In this document: one piece after another, positions 9,657-18,100 of the stretch
How the letters are laid out: each line of letters begins with the position of its first letter
Numbering within the stretch: the stretch's first letter is position 1
From: an uncultured virus (IMG/VR IMGVR_UViG_3300027779_000014)
Taxonomy: Duplodnaviria > Heunggongvirae > Uroviricota > Caudoviricetes
IMG/VR virus record: IMGVR_UViG_3300027779_000014
Strand: one strand, 5' to 3'
DNA: 64,000 bases
The notes under the pieces: generated by a model
The model's database searches: none
What the model was told of the DNA's origin: nothing
Seen by the model: the letters and a program-made list of their open reading frames with translations, nothing else
Made by a program: the position numbers and the translations under genes

Positions 9657-9893
9657 GTGTCCAAGACAGATCCCAAGGAACATACGGTGCGAGTCCGTTT
9701 GAGTGGTGAAGACTTCTCGGATCTAAAATTTGTTTCTGAACAACTGCAGATTGGTCTTTCTACCTGCTTACGCATGCATGCACTGGAGGCGTTGAGGTCT
9801 AGAAAGAACGATTTGTTCAAAGAAGCTACGCAAAGACGGGTGCATCAAGATATGCTGCGGCAGCAATTAGAGGGTGTCGAAGATGGAAATTAG
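9657..9893 (+). CDS. Ribbon-helix-helix DNA-binding protein
   Basis: HTVRVRLSGEDFSDLKFVSEQLQIGLSTCLRMHALEAL has the RHH pattern. Start moved from 9645 to GTG 9657 on motif spacing. Confidence 0.7.
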   Translation: MSKTDPKEHTVRVRLSGEDFSDLKFVSEQLQIGLSTCLRMHALEALRSRKNDLFKEATQRRVHQDMLRQQLEGVEDGN

Positions 9894-10317
9894 AGGTAAG
9901 AAGTGCTTGACCTGTGGAGAAGTCACAGGACTTATGAATGATTCTTGCGAAGAGTGTGACTCAGATAGGCTTGTCCTGTTTACACAGGTAGCAAAGGCTG
10001 AAGCTCCTTTCTGGGGATTAACCGTTTCTAAAGAAATTGATAATTCGAAAGCAGTATTTGAATTTGAAGAGGCTATCCTGGGTAGCACTAAGAAATGGAG
10101 AGGATATTATGACGGGCATGGCGTCACTATGAAAGGGATCCCTGGTGTTGATGCTGAAATTAGTCTTATGGAACTTCATTGGTACTTTAATGAGGACGAG
10201 GGTCATCCTGCTGTGGATCTACAAAGAACTCTTTTTGGATTAAGACCAGGACTGATGGGTGAGGCATCTATTTCAGTTACTTTTTTTGATACCATCGAAG
10301 TTGGGGAAGAAGATTGA
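9874..10317 (+). CDS. Zn-ribbon protein
   Basis: N-terminal CLTC...CEEC. Confidence 0.7.
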   Translation: MSKMEIRGKKCLTCGEVTGLMNDSCEECDSDRLVLFTQVAKAEAPFWGLTVSKEIDNSKAVFEFEEAILGSTKKWRGYYDGHGVTMKGIPGVDAEISLMELHWYFNEDEGHPAVDLQRTLFGLRPGLMGEASISVTFFDTIEVGEED

Positions 10318-10436
10318 TGTCGAGATTTGAACAGTGGGCATCTAATTATGTTGCGACTATGCAATTGGCCCGTACATTTACTAGTATTCTGAAATTAATA
10401 GTAGCAATTGTGATTTTGATTGAGGTTTTATCTTGA
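10317..10436 (+). CDS. 39-aa membrane peptide (not in the ORF track)
   Basis: MSRFEQWASNYVATMQLARTFTSILKLIVAIVILIEVLS; start and stop overlap both neighbours. Confidence 0.65.
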   Translation: MSRFEQWASNYVATMQLARTFTSILKLIVAIVILIEVLS

Positions 10437-10654
10437 CAGTAAAGGGAAGTTCTACTGCCTTAAGGGTGGCTCAAGAATTAATAGGGACAGTTAAGAAGGA
10501 AGTTGATTTAACTCGTAAGTCAAGTATAGAAAGACGATTGGATATACAAAGCAAGGTAATCGAAGATAAGTTTGAAGCCCTTCACCAAATTATCGCAGTA
10601 CTAACAGTCATGCAAATCATTAGTACATGTTTGTTACTAAGTCAGATATTCTAA
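10433..10654 (+). CDS. Small coiled-coil protein with C-terminal TM helix
   Basis: IIAVLTVMQIISTCLLLSQIF; TTGA overlap with the previous gene. Confidence 0.6.
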   Translation: MTVKGSSTALRVAQELIGTVKKEVDLTRKSSIERRLDIQSKVIEDKFEALHQIIAVLTVMQIISTCLLLSQIF

Positions 10655-11139
10655 AGATTCGCTTGATTCAGCATTACTGCGTCATTTCCGGTTGGATTAA
10701 CTGCTGCAGTGAGTGAACCAGAAGCTAAGTAGTTGAATCTTTGACCGATTTGTGCGTGAGGAAGTCTCGATAAGAGGCTTGCTCCAGTGAAACCTATTGC
10801 TGCTGCTCTTGCCTTTCTCCTTGCGCCCTTTGCTAGATACTTCTGATTGATTGCCATTTCTTGTACGAATCCTATTGCTGTGAGAGTTGCGCCGAATCCA
10901 ACGACCTTCCCTAGAGAACTACCGTAGAACTGCCTGGTGAACGATCTGTATTGTTCTTCCGAGGTAGCGAGATTTTTTAGCAAGAGTTCATCTACAGTAG
11001 TTACCATCGTACCGAACAGACCTAAGCCTGCTGCACAAGTGGCAAACACCTTTGCGTTCTCTTTGGTTAAGCCTAAGTCCTTTGCAGAACGCTGGGCATC
11101 CCTCAAAATCTTAGGGGTTTTAGGTTTCTTGGAGGCCAC
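10651..11139 (-). CDS. Virion membrane protein
   Basis: Basic N-terminus and three Gly/Ala-rich hydrophobic segments. Confidence 0.65.
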   Translation of the reverse strand: MASKKPKTPKILRDAQRSAKDLGLTKENAKVFATCAAGLGLFGTMVTTVDELLLKNLATSEEQYRSFTRQFYGSSLGKVVGFGATLTAIGFVQEMAINQKYLAKGARRKARAAAIGFTGASLLSRLPHAQIGQRFNYLASGSLTAAVNPTGNDAVMLNQANL

Positions 11140-11155
11140 GAGATCATCTCCTTAT

Positions 11156-12469
11156 TCAAAAGAGATTTACTCGTGTGCTTCCAAGAGACTTTGTTCCGAA
11201 GAACTTAGCGTTACCTGTTGCTGCTGTATTGTTAGGTGACATAGCTAGAGCAAGGCTGTTGTTGCCGTGAACCATTCCCATTGCCGGTGCTGCTTGATTG
11301 TGCATACCGAACATTGCGTTGTTCTGTGTCATACCTAGACCGCCTAATGATGTCCCACTTAGAGGATTCAATGCTGCTAGTGATGATAGACCGCCAGCGA
11401 ATATTTCACCAGATGCTAAATCACTTGCCTTATCACCAATTCCGCCTGCTTCGATGTTTCGAATGAAGTCTGCTGCAATGATTAGAGATGTTGCTGTCAT
11501 TGCTGGACCTAAGAACTTCTTTGGGATTCCTTGCTTGCTCATTAGAGCTCCAAGTGCCCCAACAGTTGCCATGTCTAGCATAGCATCGAAAGCATTTACC
11601 AGATCAGGACCAACATAGTCGATACCGCCTACTGCGCTATCTACCATTGATGTTACACCGATTCTGTTCCAGACATTACCCTTAGCTACTGCTAGAAGTC
11701 CCATCATTCCCATACCTGCGAGAGCGAACTTAGAAGAAGCCATTAATGCATCAACTTGCTTACCTGGACTCATAACAGATGAAGATAGTGACTTACCGAA
11801 AGCCATCAATCCACCTACTGGGTCTAATTTAGTTGGTAGAGCGTCTGTTAGATTAACTGTTCCTGCCTTTACTGTTCTTCGCGAAGCCCTTCTCTTAGTT
11901 GAAGTTCTCTTAGTGGATTTTCGGCGTGTGCTTGTTCCACGGCGAGTTCTCCAGCCTTTCTTTGCTGCTGCGGATCTCTTAGCCTTAGTCATACGACCAG
12001 CGGACTTTTTCTTAGTAGATGCTCTCTTAGTAGTTTTCTTAGGAGATTTACGGGACCTTGCTGCTCTCTTTGCTGCATTAGATCTCTTAGTGGATGCTGC
12101 TCTGCGAGTTCTCCAGCCTTTCTTTGCTGCAGATGAACGCTTTGCTTTTGTACCTGTTTTCTTAGCAGGTGATCTCTTACTCTTCCTGGTAGCTGCGGCT
12201 TTCTGGCCAGCAGTGGAACGCTTTGCAGCGTTGCGCTTTCTTGTAGCTGCGGCTTTCTTGCCTGCAGCGGAACGCTTTGAAGCGTTGCGCTTTCTTGTAG
12301 CAGCGGCTTTCTTTGCCGATGCTGATCGTGAAGCCTTAGAGCCTCCACGACGGACTGATTTTCTAGCGGTTGTCTTCTTAGTCTTTCTTGTAGTAGTCTT
12401 TCTTGCCAATTTATTCACCTTCTTTCTATTGTTAGGAGGGTTGACTAATACAAGTGTTCCCTGACCCAT
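11156..12469 (-). CDS. Lys/Arg-rich histone-H1-like core protein fused to a hydrophobic C-terminal domain
   Basis: Repeats KRSAAGKKAAATRKRNA and KRSAAAKKGWRTRR over ~190 aa, followed by hydrophobic helices; N-terminal LVLVNPP. Confidence 0.75.
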   Translation of the reverse strand: MGQGTLVLVNPPNNRKKVNKLARKTTTRKTKKTTARKSVRRGGSKASRSASAKKAAATRKRNASKRSAAGKKAAATRKRNAAKRSTAGQKAAATRKSKRSPAKKTGTKAKRSSAAKKGWRTRRAASTKRSNAAKRAARSRKSPKKTTKRASTKKKSAGRMTKAKRSAAAKKGWRTRRGTSTRRKSTKRTSTKRRASRRTVKAGTVNLTDALPTKLDPVGGLMAFGKSLSSSVMSPGKQVDALMASSKFALAGMGMMGLLAVAKGNVWNRIGVTSMVDSAVGGIDYVGPDLVNAFDAMLDMATVGALGALMSKQGIPKKFLGPAMTATSLIIAADFIRNIEAGGIGDKASDLASGEIFAGGLSSLAALNPLSGTSLGGLGMTQNNAMFGMHNQAAPAMGMVHGNNSLALAMSPNNTAATGNAKFFGTKSLGSTRVNLF

Positions 12470-12552
12470 TGACTAGGGGTCTTAACCATCCGCATATAAC
12501 CAGACTGTAGTACACAGTATATACTTCGGCTACTATGTAGTCAAATGTCGTG

Positions 12553-12567
12553 CGTAAGTATCTTACG
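12553..12567. promoter_or_regulatory. Perfect inverted repeat CGTAAG-TAT-CTTACG, candidate RHH operator
   Basis: In the divergent promoter region just upstream of an Arc-like RHH gene. A second inverted repeat, ACTGT-N5-ACAGT, lies at ~12504-12518. Confidence 0.5.
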
Positions 12568-12586
12568 GTAAACACCCTTAGACTGA

Positions 12587-12787
12587 TTGATGAAGAAGAA
12601 GGAGAGCAGTGTAATATCGCTTAGAATACCGGCAAACATCATGGAAAGGGTGCGTCAGCAGGCACAAGAAGAAAATAGAACCATCAATAATCTATTACTA
12701 ACATATATTCAATTGGACATAAACTTCACCACTAGCGAGCATAAGACCAAATTAGAAGGGAAAGATAGAACAAGGCGACGCAGGTAA
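12587..12787 (+). CDS. Arc-like ribbon-helix-helix protein
   Basis: VISLRIPANIMERVRQQAQEENRTINNLLLTYI; the start may be ATG 12590. Confidence 0.8.
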   Translation: MMKKKESSVISLRIPANIMERVRQQAQEENRTINNLLLTYIQLDINFTTSEHKTKLEGKDRTRRRR

Positions 12788-12796
12788 GGTGTTTGT

Positions 12797-13558
12797 ATGG
12801 ATTCACCTTCCCACCTAGTTAAGTCGATGGAACCATTGTATGATGGCATTCGTGGAGGCCACCTAGTAATTGTTGGACAGACTAGATATGGAAAGAGTAC
12901 GGCTGCAGAACAATTCTTCTTGAATGAGAGTCTTTTTGATGGCAGAAAGAGTGCTACGCATATCTTTATCGACACTAAGCACGATGATGCGTTAATCAAG
13001 CATGGATTTTACGCTAAGACTATTACGGACTTGGATTTTTACCTTAATATGAAAGTTAAGCGGGTTGTTTATCGGCCACCTGGTACTTCTGAAAGGGAGA
13101 AGCACCTTACAGACATAATTAACCTCTTATTCAAGAAGAAAGAAAAGCGTCGTTACAAGAAAGCGGTCTACGCGATATTCATAGATGAGGTTCAACTATA
13201 CGCAAGAAAGGGATCAAGGCATGAAGGACTTGAGAGGTTATCTACGACTGGTGCTGGTAAAGACATACACGGTATTGTCATTGGACAAAGATTGCAAGAT
13301 ATACATGAACAGACATTATCTCAATGTAATAGCCGGATGGTTTTCTTCATGCAAGAAAGACCTGATTATCTGAAATCCAGAATGATGACTGAATTAATTG
13401 ATTGGATGGACTGGCTTAAGGAGAACCCTTACTATTTTGGATTCCAGACTCTTGCTTCTGTCGATTGGCAACTTCACGCTCCTGTCCCTTTACCGCCCAA
13501 GCCCATAGATATCTACGCCGAGATGTTCGCCCCTCCGCCTTCAAAAAGAAGATTTTGA
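12797..13558 (+). CDS. FtsK/HerA-superfamily genome packaging ATPase (A32/P9-like)
   Basis: Walker A GQTRYGKS, IFIDTK, Walker B IFIDEVQ, IGQRLQDI motif; 253 aa with no TM domain. Confidence 0.8.
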   Translation: MDSPSHLVKSMEPLYDGIRGGHLVIVGQTRYGKSTAAEQFFLNESLFDGRKSATHIFIDTKHDDALIKHGFYAKTITDLDFYLNMKVKRVVYRPPGTSEREKHLTDIINLLFKKKEKRRYKKAVYAIFIDEVQLYARKGSRHEGLERLSTTGAGKDIHGIVIGQRLQDIHEQTLSQCNSRMVFFMQERPDYLKSRMMTELIDWMDWLKENPYYFGFQTLASVDWQLHAPVPLPPKPIDIYAEMFAPPPSKRRF

Positions 13559-13594
13559 ACCAAAATGGTAATATTGATTTGAATGCGGGTCCAA

Positions 13595-15097
13595 TCAAGA
13601 CATCTCATCCGTAAAGGTGTCCTGTATAGGTTTTGATTTTTGTATTTCATCTGTTCTAAGTAACGAGATTGCATTTCCTGTTGCTGTATTCATTGAAGTT
13701 AACACTAATGTTAGCGGTTCTACTACCCAAGTCATATCACAAACTTTCTCACCCATTGGATCAACACCTAACTCGGGATTCATTGATAATTCATATAGAG
13801 TATCAATGATGTCCATTGATGCGGTTTCTGCCAATGTTATTGGTATTACTAATAGAGATTCGGCAAATGCCATCTTTGCTAATTCTGCTCTAGAGGACTC
13901 CATTGGTTCAGAATTCTTGATTGCATGACACATTCTTGCTTGTATGGAACCGGCACCTGGAACTGTAAGTGGATTCTTGGCTGTGATGTAAGCTACTCCA
14001 ATAGCGTCATCCATTGCTCTGGAAAATTCTGCGGCGGTTTGCTCAGTTGGTGCTGGAAGTATAATTGAGGCTACTTGGATATTTTCCCCTACCACTTGAA
14101 TATAGGGGTTGGGACCTTCTTTACCTCTAATAGTACAGGTACCAGTACCTAGTTCATCTTCCAATATATCAGATAGATCTGCGATTACTTCACCATTAGT
14201 TGCTTTTGCAATCCTGTGCATGTCACTCTTTCTAATATTGCGAACTGCTAAAATTCCTTGTCGCCTAAAGTGTTGTATGGCCCTAGAGTCCATTCCTTTC
14301 TGGCACAGGACTATTTTTATTTCTTGTTCCTCTATTGCAGAAAGCCTTTGTTCCATGTATGCTTGCTGTACTGCGGCTATTTGGGCTATCTTGTTAGGAT
14401 CTGACAGAGATACATTTGCTTGAGGCGGCCCTAGTTCTTCATCGAGTAACAGTATTTTACCAGTGAATTTTTCTTCATCAGTAGGATATGCGCTTTGTTT
14501 GAGTATTACTACGCCCTCTATTAGTTCTGCATCTTTAGGATCTCCTGGCCTTCCGATTAGTTTGATATTATCTGGAGTGGCTGCTTCTGCGGCTCTGGCG
14601 CAAATATCACTCAATACTTCGATATAAGCCTCTGCTGATTTACCTGTGATTGCTGTTTGTGCTACCTTTTTGGCCGCATCATAGGGGGTATCTGCTGCTG
14701 ATGCGTTTTTCTTTGCTGTTTCTGTCGCAATTTCAAGTGCTTTTCTATATCCCCTCGTTATAGAGTTAGGTTGTACGCCACGATCAATAAGTAGGTCTGC
14801 TTGATGAAGAAGTTCTCCGAGAAGAATAACTGTACTTGTAGTTCCATCGAAAACGGATTCTTCCTGTGCCTTTGCTACTTGGGCTACTATTCTAGCAACT
14901 GGATCCCTATCTGCTCCCTTCCTTAGTATAGTTGCCCCATCATTAGTTACTAGGTGCTCACCCATTTTATCGACTAGCATTTTATCGAAGCCTAATGGCC
15001 CCAGAGTTGATCTGACCCTATCTGCAACTTCGCGGGCTTTACCTACGATGTGTTTTTGGGCAGCTCTTCCCCTCAGAGTTTCGAATTGTTCTTCCAT
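13595..15097 (-). CDS. ths: Group II chaperonin (thermosome subunit)
   Basis: STLGPLGFDKMLVD, VTNDGATIL, DGTTSTVIL, TAITGKSAE, VLCQKGMD, PGAGSIQ. Confidence 0.95.
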   Translation of the reverse strand: MEEQFETLRGRAAQKHIVGKAREVADRVRSTLGPLGFDKMLVDKMGEHLVTNDGATILRKGADRDPVARIVAQVAKAQEESVFDGTTSTVILLGELLHQADLLIDRGVQPNSITRGYRKALEIATETAKKNASAADTPYDAAKKVAQTAITGKSAEAYIEVLSDICARAAEAATPDNIKLIGRPGDPKDAELIEGVVILKQSAYPTDEEKFTGKILLLDEELGPPQANVSLSDPNKIAQIAAVQQAYMEQRLSAIEEQEIKIVLCQKGMDSRAIQHFRRQGILAVRNIRKSDMHRIAKATNGEVIADLSDILEDELGTGTCTIRGKEGPNPYIQVVGENIQVASIILPAPTEQTAAEFSRAMDDAIGVAYITAKNPLTVPGAGSIQARMCHAIKNSEPMESSRAELAKMAFAESLLVIPITLAETASMDIIDTLYELSMNPELGVDPMGEKVCDMTWVVEPLTLVLTSMNTATGNAISLLRTDEIQKSKPIQDTFTDEMS

Positions 15098-15114
15098 GAG
15101 CCTTTCAATCGTTG

Positions 15115-15125
15115 TTGCCGTTTGA
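15115..15125 (-). promoter_or_regulatory. Class-B promoter motif TCAAACGGCAA
   Basis: 17 nt before the thermosome ATG (15097). Confidence 0.75.
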
Positions 15126-15131
15126 AGGTGC

Positions 15132-18100
15132 TTATCTTTTTGTAGAGCGTATTTGTTCGGGAGACATATGATAGCACTTGAATTTCACATTATACTCAGG
15201 TATTTCCTCGTTTAATGCATTCACAATATCCATAGTCCTATCTCTAAGGTGTGCATGCCCATCTGTTTCCATGATATGTTCTTGTTCTGATTCTTGGAAT
15301 ACTTCTTCTATGTCTTTTTCTAGGTCGATAATCACATCTGCTACTTCTTCTGCCTTCAAACGGTTGCTCTTGGCAAAATGAAACCAATCAATTCTATCTC
15401 CCATTACTGTGAAGTGGTCTTGGATGCCGTGTATTGTAAATAATCCATGATAAACTTTGAAATCGTCTGGGCTAGTTTGACTGGGTTCCCAAACTCTAGG
15501 ATGAGTATGGAAGAATGCTGTCGCTCCTTCTAGTATGTATCCTGAAACTGCTGCTTCGTTCAAATGTCTTGCACCTGGCCTGAAATATAGGCGATTCCCT
15601 TTCATCCAACCAGATGCTTCTCCGAAGTCTTGGACTTGTTCTGCTAATTGTAAGAATAGTGCCTTAGAACCAATTGGGCCTTTCATTTTGGTCGACTTGA
15701 ATTTCTTTTTTTCTTCTTGCTTAGTCATAGTTTCTCCGAAATCTTCGATGTATTCTACTCCGTCAAGATTTAGAGTTATCGGATTTAGTTTGATTGGGTT
15801 CCTTTTCTTTTTCTTTTTCTTTTTCTTGTTCTGGTTATTGTTCTGGTTATTGTTCTGGTTATTGTTCTGGTTCTTGTTCTGGTTCTTGTTCTGGTTATTG
15901 TTCTGGTCCAGGTTATCAGTAGGAATAGTGGGGTGTTTCCTTCCAGTTAGGCTTTTGATAAGGTCCCTGCTAGTAATACTGAATACATTTTTTACTTGGC
16001 TTTTTCCTTTTTTCTGAGGCTGCCCTTGCTTTTTGATGAGGTCTTGCTTATCCCGAGATTGCCCTTGCTTATCCCGAGGCTTATCCCGAGATTGCCCTTG
16101 CTTATCCCGAGGCTTATCCCGAGGTTGCCCTTGCTTATCCCGAGGTTGCCCTTGCTTATCCTGAGTTGGTGGGCCGCTATTCGGGCTTTTCTTTTCTTCT
16201 TCGAACCATTTTTCAAAACTCTCTGTTTTGCCAGCCTTCAAATCTGCGAAGATATTAGGGGGTATTCTTGCCCCTTTCATTTGACTTAATGCCTTTACTG
16301 CTTCGGGATGTAAATGATCTCTATGTTCTCTGCTGACTTTGGCCGGATTGTTTTTGGGTTCCTTAGATTGAATTTTTTCTGCTACCTTTATCACATCGTC
16401 TCTTACTGCTGCTTGATTTTCCTCTGAAAGAAGGTGTGCGCTGTACAGATAAGAGGTATGCGGCCTAATATGTAAGGAGGGTTTTCCACCAAATCGAGTT
16501 TTTAGTGTGTACCACCCTCTTTCCAAATTCTCTTTCACCCATTCGTAGCCTAGTTTTTCTAATTCGAAGAATGCTAGCGAAGTATCATAGAACCTAGCAG
16601 GTATTTCTAAGGTGTATTGTCTTAGTAACATACCTTCTGGCGGATTGATGCTAATATCTATTGCATCACCTAGAGATTTGGAGATTTCTTTGTAGTGCTT
16701 GTGTAAGTTGGATGCGTTGTTGATGAATATAGCCAGTGCAGCACCTTTCTGGGCATGGTGCATTAGCCTGTTACCAAGTGGATCTATATCATCCACGGTA
16801 TCTGTAGTTATTTCAAGTTCGGAATTTTCTGAAAGGAATAGTGCAACTCTTTGGGCGATTAATTGATGACTACTTCCCATTGATTCAGGAGATGACACTA
16901 TGATATCTGAGGCATTGTTAGAATTAGCCGTAAAGCCAATAATCTCTAAGTATATCGAGCCAGGGTCAGATATTTTGTGGCCTTTGGCTTCTAATTCCCT
17001 TATCAGTTGGTTTTTGATTATATGCCCTTGCCCAATAGATTTGATATTGAATGTCTTTAATGGATTACGCCATGATTCACCCAATAATGTATCTGCTGTG
17101 AATATGGTTTCTCCTTCGTCAGATTTTCTAGTTTGTATTGCTTGTCCTTGAGTTTTAGGGCCGCCAGTTTTAGGATGAGTGTTCCCCATCTTAGCTCCTT
17201 TATGTATTGCGTAATTGTATCTTTTCTTATTTTTAATCTCGAAAGGCATAGTTAGGTGTTTTTTTGCTGCTACTTTGAAGTTATCTAGGTCTTTCTTTGC
17301 AGTTGTAGTTGAAGTGTAGCCTACGGCAAATATGATTGGCTCTTTTTTTGGTTCAATTTTGTAAGTATTATCTTTAGGATATCCTTCGTGGATCCATTCG
17401 GGCATATAGAATACCTTTCGGCCTAAATCATCTTTTTGAGGTTTAATCGCTATTCCTGATTGAAGAGGTGATATTGGATTCTCCTTAGTACCGAATAAAC
17501 TGTCCTTAGGAAGATACATCTTAGGGAATGGAGGGTTGTCGTATTTCTTGTTGAAATGTTCTATCTTACCCGCCTGACTGGTCTTTACTTTCAAATCGCC
17601 CGTTAGAGAGAAAACCGCTAGGAAATGGTCGAAACTTTTCTTGACGGTTGGTTTGTTCCATAATATCCACTTTGATAATGCGCCTGCTGTTGTGAAATCA
17701 TCCCAATCTTCTCTTTTCCCATGTCTTGCCAAATAGTCGGTTCTGCGTCTCTTATCATTATGTATAGTATAGTCGTTGTAGTGCTTGGCTCCAAAGTGGG
17801 TAGTTTTCTTCCTTCCATCGGGGAATGTGAATACTGCTCGTAGTTTCTTGTCTTTCTGTGGAGATCCGTCAATCACAACATGGACTCGGCCCTCTGCAGG
17901 AGGATTTGATTTTGTGGTTGGAACATACCTCATGTGATAGTTAGTGAATCCATTGTATGATTTTTGCGCCCATCCGTCTTTTGCTACTGTTCTTTTTGCT
18001 ACTGGCGCTCTGGTCACTTCTTCACCGCATGATTCACAAGTGTAAGTTTTCTTGTCTAATTTTTCTCTTTTTCCTGTACCGGATAGAATCCATGAAGGAT

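Noticed and set aside
16650..17060. Possible amidase_3-like fold in one NP-bounded module
   Set aside because: Only a vague secondary-structure resemblance, and the catalytic His/Glu residues are not evident.
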